Source: Parvularia atlantis
Taxonomy: Eukaryota
Length of the DNA stretch: 42,167 bases
Direction: 5' to 3'
Assembly: GCA_943704415.1 (NCBI GenBank)
Contig: CALSCO010001136.1
Span: 1-42,167, forward strand
Shown here: positions 12,505-29,172 of the stretch, piece after piece
Position numbering within the stretch: the first letter of the stretch is position 1
Layout: every line of letters starts with the position of its first letter
Notes under the pieces: generated by a model
Databases searched by the model: none
What the model was told of the DNA's origin: nothing
Seen by the model: the letters and a program-made list of their open reading frames with translations, nothing else
Translations under genes and position numbers: made by a program

Positions 12505-13024
12505 TCAGCGCTGTGATGCGCGCGCCTGGGCGAGCGACGTGAGCTCGAAGGCCATGCCGTCGCCGAGCGTGGCCTGGCGGTTGATGCGCAGCTGCTCGTC
12601 GCGCGAGACGATGCGCTCGATGACTTCGCCCGTGCCGCGGATGAGCCTACGCGATGGATCGCGGTTGGGCGCACGACGTGCCGGCAGTGTGTGTTGCACC
12701 GCACCGCGTGCGCCCCGTCACCGGGTCGACCTCCTCGCGCACGACGCTCTGCAGCCGGTCGTACTCGGCCTTGGTCATAGGGACGAGTCCGCGCGGCCGT
12801 GGCGGCTCTGCGGCCGCCGTGCTCGGCACCGGCAGCGTGCTAGGCACTGGTGGTGCCGAACGTGACGGCTGATCGTTGTCGTCGTCGTCGCTCCTGCTGC
12901 TGCTGCTGTTGCTGCGCGACCCCCGCCGCTTGAGCATCTTCTTCTTCTTCCGCCGCTTCTTGTCACGGTCCGCCCTCTTCTTCTTCTTGTCGTCCCGCTC
13001 CTTGGCCTTGCCCACCTTGCCCAT
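12505..13024 (-). CDS. ARL6IP4: SR-25 / ARL6IP4-family nuclear protein
   Basis: Lys/Ser-rich N-terminus, then [57 protein letters not shown], the SR-25 C-terminal motif. One GT-AG intron. Confidence 0.85.
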
Positions 13025-13058
13025 CCGAGTCAGCCGCCGCCGCCGGGCCGCGCAAAAA

Positions 13059-13827
13059 ATGCTCGTCCTGATCTTGGCACTGATCCTCGCCGCCGCGGCC
13101 GCGCGGCTGTGGTGGATCCTGCCAGGCCGCCCCGGCGCGCCCGCCCCGGCCGCGGCCCGCACCGACGCCGCGCGGCCCGCACGCCCCGTGCGCACGATGG
13201 TCGTGCTGGGCTCGGGCGGGCACACGACCGAAATGCTGCAGCTGCTCGCGCGCGTCGACCGCGCCCGCTACCGCCCGCGGCACTACGTCGTCGCCGCGAC
13301 CGACCGCATGGGCCGCGCCAAGGTCGACGCGTTGGAGGGGCCCGGCGCCGGCGCCGATGCACCGCACGTCGTGCACGTCGTCCCGCGCAGCCGCGAGGTC
13401 AAGCAGTCGTGGATCACCACCATCGGCACGACGCTCCACGCCCTCCTCGTCAGCATCGCACTCGTCCTGCGCGTCCAGCCGGACCTGGTCGGTCGGCGCA
13501 TGCCGATACCGCGCGCCAGAGCGTGCTGACACCGCCCGCGTCCGCAGGTGCTCTGCAACGGGCCAGGGACGTGCGTGCCCATCTGCGCAGCAGCCTACCT
13601 GCTGCGCGTGCGTGGCCTCACGTGGCGGCGGCGAGACGGCTGACCCGTCGCCGCAGTTCACGGGCCTGCGCGCGGCGACGATCGTGTACGTCGAGAGCTT
13701 TGCGCGCGTCAAGCACCTGTCGCTCTCGGGGCGGCTGCTCTACCCGTTCGCCGACGTGTTCCTCGTGCAGTGGCCCGACCTGCTCGAGCACCGGCCGCGC
13801 GCGCGCTACCTCGGCGTGCTCGTATGA
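13059..13827 (+). CDS. ALG14: UDP-GlcNAc transferase subunit ALG14
   Basis: N-terminal TM segment, VVLGSGGHTTEML, VPRSREVKQSW, PDLVLCNGPGTCVP, IVYVESFARVKHLSLSG, FLVQWPDL. Two introns. Confidence 0.97.
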
Positions 13828-13849
13828 CACGCGTAACATATGACGTTAT

Positions 13850-19576
<5,727 letters not shown>

Positions 19577-19649
19577 CTGCGGCGCGGGTGTGTACGCCTG
19601 TCCTTTGTCAACGAAATGCTTTTATGCGTTGTACACATGTGTCACGCTG

Positions 19650-20920
19650 TCAAACGGCCGCCAGGGCCGGCTTGTGCTGCATGAAGAGCTTGAGGAGGCG
19701 GACGACATCGCACTTGATCCAGCGCATGGCCATCATGCGCAGGAAGAGCGACACACGCCCGTACCAGAAGCACAGCAGCGTCAGTTGCGAAAAGCGGCCG
19801 CTCGGGTCCGCGCCACGCTCGAGCAGCGTCGACGCCACACCGTCGTTGCCGCCGGCGACGGCCTGCCACAGCGCCTCGTCCTGCCGCGTGTCAGCGACAC
19901 AGCGCGGCACAGTCGGGCGGCAGGGCGGCGGCACCTGCAGGGCGTGCACGTCGGCGCCGTACTCGTCCACGAGCAGTTCGACCACGCTCTGTTGCCCGTA
20001 GAAGCACGCCGAGCGCAGGGCGTCGGCGTCGCGCGCGTGCACGTCCGCGCCGCAGTCGATCAGCCACTGCACCACCGCGACGTGCCCGCGCGCCGCGGCC
20101 CAGCGCAGCGCCTCTGGTCGAGCGTCGCTGCCGCCGTGAGCGCGCTGCAAGAGGGCGTGCACACGTGCGCACCATCGTGGCTGAAGCGCACGTCGGCCCC
20201 GTGCGCGCGCATCAGCTTGGCCAGGTCCAGCAGGCCGTGCGCGCAGCAGTACATCAGCGCAAACTCCTCGGCCGCGCTCACGCTCGCGCCGCCGGTGCTG
20301 CCCAGCAGCACGCACAGCAGGTTCGCAAGGCGTTCGTGGTCGGCCGGCGTCGCGTTCTGGCGTGGGGCGTCAGTGTCTCAGCGGCGCATGAGCCACGGGG
20401 CAGCGCACCTTGCCACGCGCGCCGAGATCCGTGAGCGCGCGGAAGAACAGCGTCGTGCGGTCGGCCCAGTCAAGCTGCCCGTGCGCGAGGACGACGCTGT
20501 GCGGCGCGCGCGTCCTGCATCAGGTGCGCCCGCACGGCCGCGCGGCGAGGCACGCACAGGTCGAAGCGGTCAAACTGCGCGGCGCCGGGCCGCGTGGGCG
20601 GCACCACGCCGGCTTCGAGCGCGGCGACGACGAGCGGCACGCGGGCGAGCACGTCGCGCTGCAGCAGCAGGCGGCGCAGCACGCGCTCGCGCGTGGCCGT
20701 GCTCGCGCCGACCAGCATCGCCGCGAAGGCGTGCGGGGCGCGCGTGAGGCGGTAAACCTTGCTGCAGCTTAGGGGGGGCGCCGCGTGGGTGGGTGGGTGC
20801 CCACGCGAGCGGGCCGTGCGCGCACCTGCGCTGCAGCGCCGGGCCCGCGTCGACCTCGCACGCCCACCGCCAGATCTCGACCAGGAGCTCGGCGGGGAGG
20901 TCGCACAGGACGCGTCGCAT
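19650..20920 (-). CDS. Ankyrin-repeat protein with F-box-like N-terminus
   Basis: Starts MRRVLCDLPAELLVEIW. Repeats include ALMYCCAHGLLDLAKLMRAHGADV, ALRWAAARGHVAVVQWLIDCGADVHA, ALRSACFYGQQSVVELLVDEYGADVHA and ALWQAVAGGNDGVASTLLERGAD. Five introns. Confidence 0.85.
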
Positions 20921-20965
20921 GTTGTTGGTTTGCGGCGGGGCACGCGTGTCGCTCAAAACGGCAAC

Positions 20966-21562
20966 ATGGCCACGTGGCCGGTCATGGAGGATGCTGTTGA
21001 GCTCGTCGCGGCGCCGTTTGACGCGCAGCAGTGGACGCGGCGCGTGCACGACGACACGGCCGGGGCCGCCGTGACGTTCGTCGGCACGACGCGCAACCAC
21101 CACGAGGGCGCGTGACCGGCGGCCGTGCGAGCCGCCGCGGCTCATCCAGCGTGCACTGCAGGGCGCGCGGTCGTGCGGCTGGCGTACGAGGCGTACGAGC
21201 CGATGGCGCTGCAGGAGCTGCAGCGGATCGTGGCCGAGGCGCGCGCGCAGTGGGCGCTGTGCCGCGTCGCCGTCGTGCACCGGCTGGGCGAGGTGCGCGT
21301 TTGCAATGCTCTCGTGCAAAGGCCCTGACGTCGCCGCCTTGCTCGCGCCGATCTGCGCGCGCGACCGTCACGACCACGGCGGCGGCAGGTGCCCGTGGGC
21401 GAGGCGAGCGTACTCATCGCGGTGTCATCGGCGCACCGGCGCGAGGCGATGCGCGCCGTCGAGCACATCATTGACACGCTCAAGGAGCGCGTGCCCATCT
21501 GGAAGAAGGAGGTCTACGCGGACGGGAGCGAGTGGAAGGGGCGGCACGTGTGCCACGCCTGA
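20966..21562 (+). CDS. MOCS2: Molybdopterin synthase catalytic subunit (MoaE/MOCS2B)
   Basis: [78 protein letters not shown]. Two introns, the first GC-AG. Confidence 0.96.
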
Positions 21563-22070
21563 TGCTCTTCTGCTGTGCCGTGCTGTGCTTGTGGCTGTAG
21601 AGTGTGCGGTTCGAAGACACAAGTACGGCGTGCATACGGCCTCAAGTTTGTGGGTGTACAACTGTCACTGGCAGGCTGCACGTAAACGCACGGCCCACCC
21701 CAGTCGATGTGCCCCTGTCAGTGTGGCACTGCCCAGTCAGCAAATTTTTGCTGCAGGGTGGCACAAATAACTCGGACGTTTCACGCGGCAAGAGATGTCT
21801 GCAACTTGAAGTGCAAACTGAGTGGAACTCAGCTGAACCCTGATGCATCCGATGCATCCAGCCGCGTCTCTTGCAGCGCTCACGACGTGTCCACTGCACT
21901 GCCGCCATGCCAGTGCACTCGCGTGCACTGCGTCGACAGGCACGTCACGGCAAATCGATCATCCCGCCGGCGGTCGCAGATGGTCACAAGCATCACGCGT
22001 CACGGCTACAACACGCTCAATGATCGCACCGCGCACTCAGCCGCATGCACATGTACACAGCGAGCAAGGG

Positions 22071-22424
22071 TCAGACCTTGTTGCGCTCGAGGATCTCTGC
22101 GGCGGCGGATGCGGTGACCTCAGCACACGCACATACACACGGCCAGCCCGCACACGCACCTTGGGCCGTGCGCAGTCGCTCGGCCTTCTGCTTCTTGACG
22201 TAGTCCTCGAGCGCCATGCCTAGCGCCAGCCCGGCCCCGATGCACAGGCCCGCCGTGAGCAGGCGCGCGCGCCAGGACCATCGCGGCAGCACCCACTGCT
22301 GCATGTCCTCCTCGATCGCGGCCGCGACGCGCGACGGGACGGCCTCGGGTGCGAACGGGTCTGAGTACGACGCCGGCCTGACCTTGGGTGGCATCTGCCT
22401 GGGAGGCGCCCGCGCGCTGTCCAT
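22071..22424 (-). CDS. Small single-pass membrane protein, hypothetical
   Basis: MDSARAPP..WSWRARLLTAGLCIGAGLALGMALEDYVKKQK, one GT-AG intron, ends EILERNKV*. One hydrophobic segment. Confidence 0.55.
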   Translation of the reverse strand: MDSARAPPRQMPPKVRPASYSDPFAPEAVPSRVAAAIEEDMQQWVLPRWSWRARLLTAGLCIGAGLALGMALEDYVKKQKAERLRTAQGACAGWPCVCACAEVTASAAAEILERNKV

Positions 22425-22488
22425 GCGCGACAGGCGGACGAGGAAATGCATGACGAGCGGCCATGTTTGGATTCCATTGCCGCAGCCA

Positions 22489-23687
22489 ATGACGACGCGC
22501 CTCGCCACGCGCCTCGTCGCCTTGAGCGCGCGCCGGCTCGCGACGGCCAGCGCGTCGCCGCCGCTCGTTGCCGCAGCAGCACCTGCAGCAGCAGCACCGT
22601 CACCAGCAGCAGCAGCAGCAGCAGCAGCGCCCGCGCCAGAGCGCCGCCTGAACCAGACGCAGGTCGACTTTGGGCACAAGGTCGCGCACACGACCGTGCG
22701 CGGGTCGTGGTGCGTGCCGGCCCGCCTGCCAGCGCGGTGCTCACACATGACGCGCGCGCTGGCAGGGACGCGTACCAGTACTGCATGGGCGTGCACGCGG
22801 CCCTGAGCAACGACAAGGTGCTGGACGCGTGCGGCCTGATCGAGGAGGCGCGCAAGAAGAAGCTCTCGGTCAACGCTTCATTCCACGGCCTCATGACGTA
22901 CCTCGCGCGCAAGGGGCGGAGCACGGCGACGCTGGCCGTGTTCAACTACGTGCGCAGCCGTCCCGCAGAGCGCGCGCTGCAGCCAACAACGCGCGCGCGC
23001 GCGCTCGCAGATGAAGAAATGCGCCGTCCCGCTCGACAGCACCATGTACAGCGTCCTGCTGCGCGCGCTCGCGACGGGCAAAACCGTGAACCGGCGCGAG
23101 CAGTCGGAGCGGTACCTGAACGAGATGATCGAGCGCGGGATCGCGCCAACGAGCTTCGTCTACCGCTCGCTCCTCACGCTCGCCGCGCGCGACGGGCACA
23201 CCGACATTGCCCTGCGCTCGATCACGCAGATGAAGCAGGAGAAGGGCGCGCTCACGCCGAACGACTTTCGCCTCGCCATCCAGGCGTTCCAGAAGGTCGG
23301 CGACCGCGCCGGCGGCCTCTCGCTCGCGCTCTTTGCGTGCAGCCAGCTCGGCGGATGGGTGTGTGCGGTCAGATCGGCGCAAACGCGGCCAGGCTGACGC
23401 CGCCGCCGCCGCCCGCGCAGTGCGCGCACATGGTGCGCCCGCCGCTCCAGGGCTGGCTGCAAGGGGCGCTGGCGACGCTGGACCCCGCCGAGATTGCGCG
23501 CGACGGCAACGCCCACCTTGTGCCCGTGCTGCGCCAGATGCTCCAGCGGCCGACGCCGCCGGGGCGCGCGGGCCAGGGCGAGACCGTGGCCGTGCGCTCG
23601 GGCGACGAGACGCAGTGGGTCACACTGCGCAACACGGACCGCCGCGTGTTCCAGCGCACGCGCGGCCTTGTAACGACCATCACATGA
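22489..23687 (+). CDS. Pentatricopeptide-repeat-like protein, probably mitochondrial
   Basis: Arg/Ala/Thr-rich presequence MTTRLATRLVALSARRLATA. ~35-aa repeats VNASFHGLMTYLARKG..VFNYMKKCAVP, LDSTMYSVLLRALA..MIERGIAP, TSFVYRSLLTLAARDG..MKQE. Three introns. Confidence 0.8.
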
Positions 23688-23714
23688 GATGCCAGCGCAG
23701 CACAATAGCCTGAT

Positions 23715-24871
23715 TTATCGGAGCACGGCCACGGGCAGGCTGACGACGGTTGTCGAGCGCAGCGGCAGGTTCTCGTACAGCCACTGCACGTTTGCGAGCG
23801 TGGACGGGTCCATGTCGGGCCTGACCTTCTGCGGGCCTCGCGCGTGCTGCGTCAGTGCAGCGCCGCGTCCGCTTGCGCACCTTCTCGACGTGCTCGGCGA
23901 CGTCCTCGCGCAGGCTCTGCTCGCGCAGGACGTGGTCCGCGCCAAACTCGTGGTAGATGCGCGTGTCGAGGATGCGGTACAGCACCTTGTCAACGCGCAG
24001 GACGTACCGCATGAGCACGAAGAAGCACGACGGCATGACGCGCTTGCCACGCGTGTCAGCGGCGGGCAGGCGCCGCGCGGGCATGCACGCACGCACGCAC
24101 CACGCGCACGCTCAGCTGCGTGCTGCCGTTGTCCGCCAGCTCGTCCTCAAACAGCACAAGCTCGTTGTAGTACAGGATCGGGTCGGGCCGCTTCAGCCGG
24201 TCCATGTTGATCGTGCGCTCGGTCGGCTGCGGCGCCTGCAGGACCGGTCGGGCCCGGCACGCGATGCACATGCGCGCACCTGGTTGCGCGGGCCGGGCGT
24301 GCCGGCGTACGTGTTCGAGTACGTCCAGTCGAACGGGTGCACCGACTTGAGGTCGGTCGCGCGGCCCTTGCTGCGATCGCGGCGGGCCGGTCACGCACGA
24401 GCGCAGCACCAGCCGGCCACCGCAAAACGCACTTGGCCCGCACCCACGCGTCCGAGTACGAGACCTTGAACAGGTCGCGCTTGTTGTCGACCGTGCGCAG
24501 CGCGTCGATTGCAGTGAAGGTGAGCTCGAACCCGTCCTGGTGCTGTGTCCGCGGCGTCGGTCGTCGCGCCGCGCGAGGCATCGCCAGCGACGTCGCACCT
24601 GCACGCGCAGCTCGTTGCTGGGAAAGAACATGTCGGGCAGGCGCAGGTCGAGCTCCTTTGTGACGCTGCGCGTGGCGTTAGCAGCCTGCGCGCGACAATG
24701 GCGCTTGCGCGGCGCGCCAAACCGGTCGACGACGGCCGAAGTCGCGATGTGGCTCTTGATCGCGCCGATGCGCCAGCCGAGCACCTCAACCGCGCTGCCA
24801 CCCGTCGCCCGGTCGGCCAGCAGCCGGTGCGGGGGCACGTCGGGCGTGGCAGCGAAGGTCGTGGCTTGCAT
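23715..24871 (-). CDS. TIPRL: TIP41 / TIPRL PP2A regulator
   Basis: LPDMFFPSN, FTAIDAL, PFDWTYS..Y.GT, INMDRLKRPDPILYYNELVLFEDELADNG, VRVRVMPSCFFVLMRYVLRVDKVL.R..DTRIYHEF. Six introns. Confidence 0.96.
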
Positions 24872-24946
24872 CAGTACCAAGCAGTGTCCTTCAAAGTTCA
24901 AAGTGTACACGAACAGCTTTCGTACACACTTTAAGCGATCCGTGAA

Positions 24947-26360
24947 ATGCGCGTCGTGGCGTCGCTTGTCCTGGTCCTGGCCGCGGCCGTCGCGGTGGCG
25001 CGCGCGGATACGACGCTGGACGGCACCACCGCCGCGGACGGCTGCGGGTGCAAGGCGTCGCGCGGCTCGGTGCCCGGCGGCCGCGAAGGCCGGGCGCACG
25101 CGTACGACACAACGCTCAGCAAGCCCGAGCACGCCGCACCGCCGCCGCCGCCAACGACGCGCGATGGCATGATCCGCGTGCCCGGCGGCGAGTTCCTGAT
25201 GGGCACGGACCAGGTGCACTTCCCGCAGGACTTTGAGGGTGCGCGCGCGTGCGCCTCGCTGCGGCACCCGCTCATGCATGCGCTCGTCGGCACAGGCCCC
25301 GCGCGCCGCGTCACCGTGCGCCCATTCTGGCTCGACCGCACCGAGGTTGCCAACGCCGCCTTCGCCGCGTTCGTCGCCGCGACCGCGCACGAGACTGACG
25401 CGGCCAAGTATGGCTGGTCGTTCGTCTTCGACGAGTTCCTGTCCGAGGCCGAGCGTGCCAAGGCGCGGCCGCCCGATCACAGCCGCTGTGGCCGCGTGCT
25501 GACGCGACCGGTGCGCGCGCGCGCGCGCCTAGGTGACGCAAGAGGTCGCCGGCTCGCCGTGGTGGGTCCCGGTCAACGGCGCGACGTGGGATCACCCGCG
25601 CGGGCCTGACTCGAGCATCGCGGGCCTTGAAAACCACCCGGTCGTGCACGTCTCGTTCAACGACGCGGCAGCGTTCTGCACCTGGCAGGGTGCGGCCCGC
25701 ACGCGCGCGTGCGCACTCGGACGGCACGGCAACCTGATCGCGCCGCGCCAGGCAAGCGCCTGCCGACCGAGGCCGAGTGGGAGCGCGCGGCGCGCGGCGG
25801 GCTCGAGGGCCACGTGTACCCGTGGGGCAACCTGCTGACGCCGCAGGGTAAGCACTTTTGCAACATCTGGCAGGTGCGGCATCAGACATGCAGCAGCGGC
25901 CACGGCGAGCTGACGACGGTGCGCGCCAGGGCGACTTCCCCAAGCTCAACACGGCCGACGACGGCTACACCGGCACCGCGCCCGTGGGCTCGTACCCGCC
26001 CAACGGCTACGGCCTGGTCGACATGGCCGGCAACGTGTGGGAGTGGACGTCGACGCCGTTCGAGGTGCGCCGCCCGGTGACAGACGCTTACGGCGCCACT
26101 CACCCGCACGCGCGGCCTCGGCAGCATTCGCGCAGCGCCACCGGCCAGGCCGTCGTCGTGACCAAGGGCGGCTCGTACATGTGCCACGAGGTGCGCGTCG
26201 TCGTGTGTGTGCACATGCTGTCTCACGCCGTCGCTCGCCCGCGCGCAAGTCGCACTGCTGGCGCCACCGCGTCGCCGCGCGCGGCCACAACGAGATTGAC
26301 TCGTCCGCGGGTAACATGGGCTTCCGCTGCGCCGCCGACGCCGACGCCGACGCGCAGTGA
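24947..26360 (+). CDS. SUMF1: Formylglycine-generating enzyme (sulfatase-modifying factor 1)
   Basis: Signal peptide, N-terminal CGC motif, [48 protein letters not shown], catalytic [22 protein letters not shown]. Six introns. Confidence 0.96.
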
Positions 26361-26437
26361 GAGCTGCAGTGACTGAGGGACGTCAGTGTGGGGCAGGCTT
26401 CTCGAACGTTCTGCCAGTTTTTCCCACGCTCGCCGCC

Positions 26438-29035
26438 ATGCTGAGCATGCTCCCAACCGCCGCGCGCCGCCCGCTCCGCACCGCCGTCGGCGCCACGGCC
26501 GCGCGCCTGACGCCGGCGCGCGCGTACTCGATCGGCCTCGAGGGTGCGTGTGCGCCCTTTCACTCTCGGGCGCGCGCGCTCGTGCGTCCCTCGTGTGGCC
26601 TCACGCGACCGCGCGCACGAGCAGATGACGGCGAGCCGCGCTTCCTGGAGATGGTCAAGCTCTACTTCGACCGCGCCGCGGCGCAGACCAAGCTCGACCC
26701 GGGCATCCTCGAGGTGATCAAACAGTGCAACAACGTGCTCCGCGTCAGGTGCGGGCCGTGGAGGGGGCAGATCTGCACACGCACGTGCTCACACCCACGC
26801 GGCAGCTTCCCCATCCGCCGCGACAACGGCAAGATCGAGGTCGTCCAGGGCTACCGCGCGCAGCACTCGCACCACCGCCTGCCGTGCAAGGGCGGCATCC
26901 GCTACGCGCTCAGCGTCGACCTGCAGGAGGTCGAGGCGCTCGCGGGCCTCATGACCTACAAGTGCGCCATGATACGTAGCCCGCCCGCTCGCTCTCCCGT
27001 TGCTGCTTGCTGACCGCCCGCCGCGCGCGATGGACGACTGCACGTCGACGTGCCGTTTGGCGGTGCGTGCCGCTCAGCCGTCGCCGTCGCACGCGTGCGC
27101 GCGCGCGCCCCTTCACACGCGCGGCCGTCGCAGGCGCCAAGGGCGGCATCCGCATCGACCCGCGCCAGTACACCGCGGGGGAGCTCGAGCGCATCACGCG
27201 CCGGTACACGATGGAGCTGGCCAAGAAGGGCTTCATCGGCCCGGGCGTGGACGTGCCCGCGCCAGACATGTGCGTCTCGGCGTCGCGCGTGTCCATGCAT
27301 TTGACGCACGCGCACGCAATAGGGGCACGGGCCCGCGCGAGATGGCCTGGTAAGCGCGGCCGTTCATCAGCGCGCGCGTGCTGCTGACGCCTGCGGGGCT
27401 GCGGTGCAGGATGAAGGACACGTACCAGATGCTCTATGGCGAGAACGAGATCAACTCGGTCGCGTGCGTGACCGGCAAGGTGCGCCCGCCCCGACAAGCC
27501 GCGCACGCCCGCCCACGCTCACCCACCGCCCGCGCGCAACAGCCGCTCAGCCAGGGCGGCATCGCCGGTCGCGTCGAGGCCACGGGCCTGGGCGTCTTCT
27601 ACGGCGTGTCCAATTTTCTGCGCAACGACAGCGGTGCGGCGCGGAGCTCCATCCAGCACGGCGCTCGCTTGCACACGTCGCTCACGCGCGGCGCAGTGCT
27701 GGACCAGCTCAAGATGAAGGGCGGCCTCAAGGACAAGACCTTCGTCGTGCAAGGCCTCGGCAACGTCGGTGCGCCGGCCGCGCCTTGCGGCTGCAGGGCC
27801 AAGACGCTCATCCCGCGCCCCGCAGGCTTCTGGGCGGCCAAGTTCCTCACGCAGGCCGGCGCCAAGTGCATCGCCGTGGCCGAATACAATTCGGCCGTGG
27901 GCAACCAGAACGGCCTCAACATCGACGAGCTGAACGCGTGGCGCACGGTGCGCGCTGAGGGCTCGCTGTCCCGCACATCGGCTGACGCGTGCGCGACACA
28001 CGTTGCAGACTCAGGGAACGCTCAGCGGCTTCCCCGGCGCGACCTCGTTCGACAGCATCATGGCGCCGCTCGAGCTGCCGTGGTGCGAAGCGCGCTGCAC
28101 CGGCCGCACCGGGCTCGGCGCTCACCACACACGCCCGCCCGCTCGCACGCAGCGACTTCATCATCCCCGCCGCGAGCGAGAAGCAGATCACCAAGAACAA
28201 CGCCGGCCGCATCAAGGCCAAGTTCGTGGCCGAGGCCGCCAACGGCCCCGTCACGCCCATGGCCGACGACATCCTCACGGCCAACGGTGTGCCGCGCGGC
28301 ATGTGCAATCGCGGCTGATCGCACGCACGCGCGCGCGCGCGCGCGCGCACAGGCATCATGGTTATCCCAGACATGCTGCTGAACGCGGGCGGTGTGACCG
28401 TGTCGTACTTTGAGGTGCCGCGCGGGCGCTGGTGCGGGGCGCGCACGCGATGAACACGCGACCGTGCCCCGCAGTGGCTCAAGAACCTGTCGCACGTGCG
28501 CTTCGGCCGCCTCAACAAAAAGTGGGAGGAGCGCAGCAAGAGCGACCTGCTGTCGCTGCTGCAGGTCGGGTCGCCCGTCCGCGCGCGCGCACTCGTAGGC
28601 CTGATGCGTGCGTTTGCGCGCGCAGGACAACGCCAAGATCGACATCCAGAAGAACTCGTCCGAGTACAAGCGCATCCTGGCTGGCCCGTCGGAGCGCGGT
28701 GCGTGCAAGCGGTGTCGCGTGTACAGTGCGCTCAACGGACGCGCCCCGCACGTGCGCAGACATCGTCTACAGCGGCCTCGAGGAGACGATGAACAACGCC
28801 ATCAACGAGCTGGTGCGCGTGTGCGGCCCGTCGCGCAGCAACAAACTCACGGCGTGCGCGCGCGCACACGCCAGCTCACTGTCGCCACTGAGCTCAACGT
28901 GCCCCTGCGCACGGCCGCGTACGTCTGCAGCATCCGCAAGATCTACGCGGTGTACAAGGTGCGCGGCCGTCGCCGCATACGCGCGGCGGCTCACGTACGC
29001 GTCGGTTGCAGGACGCCGGCCTCACGCTGGCCTGA
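26438..29035 (+). CDS. GLUD1: Mitochondrial glutamate dehydrogenase (GLUD-type), ~17 introns
   Basis: Presequence, then [102 protein letters not shown]. Confidence 0.97.
26972..27043 (+). other. AT-AC spliceosomal intron (72 nt) in GDH
   Basis: AAGTGCGCCATG|ATACGT...TGCTGAC...CTGCAC|GTCGACGTGCCGTTTGGCG. Removing it restores KCAMVDVPFGG. It contains an in-frame TGA, and no AG acceptor exists near its 3' end. Confidence 0.85.
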
Positions 29036-29172
29036 AGCACGCACCACGCATGCAACGCCGTGTGTCTCTTGTGCCGTGTCCCCTGACCGTCTGTCTGTGT
29101 CGTTGTGTCTGCGTCACGTCTTTTTGTTTTGACAGGTTCGGCAAAGAGATGTACACGCGCAGAAGTCACGTC

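Noticed and set aside
20921..21562. Bicistronic MOCS2A/MOCS2B arrangement as in animals
   Set aside because: No upstream MoaD-like ORF ending in GG. The upstream DNA is the opposite-strand ankyrin gene.
21560..21640. Hairpin after the MOCS2B TGA as a SECIS element
   Set aside because: No AUGA/GA quartet with apical AA in the right geometry, and the TGA falls at the normal MoaE C-terminus.
21833..21843. CTGAACCCTGA resembling a 1.5-repeat telomerase template
   Set aside because: Only 11 nt, and the Sm-like site is upstream rather than 3' of it. Likely chance.
26972..27043. AT-AC intron as a U12 (minor) intron
   Set aside because: The 5' site is ATACGT rather than ATATCCTT and there is no TCCTTAAC branch site. 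The signals match the local U2 consensus.
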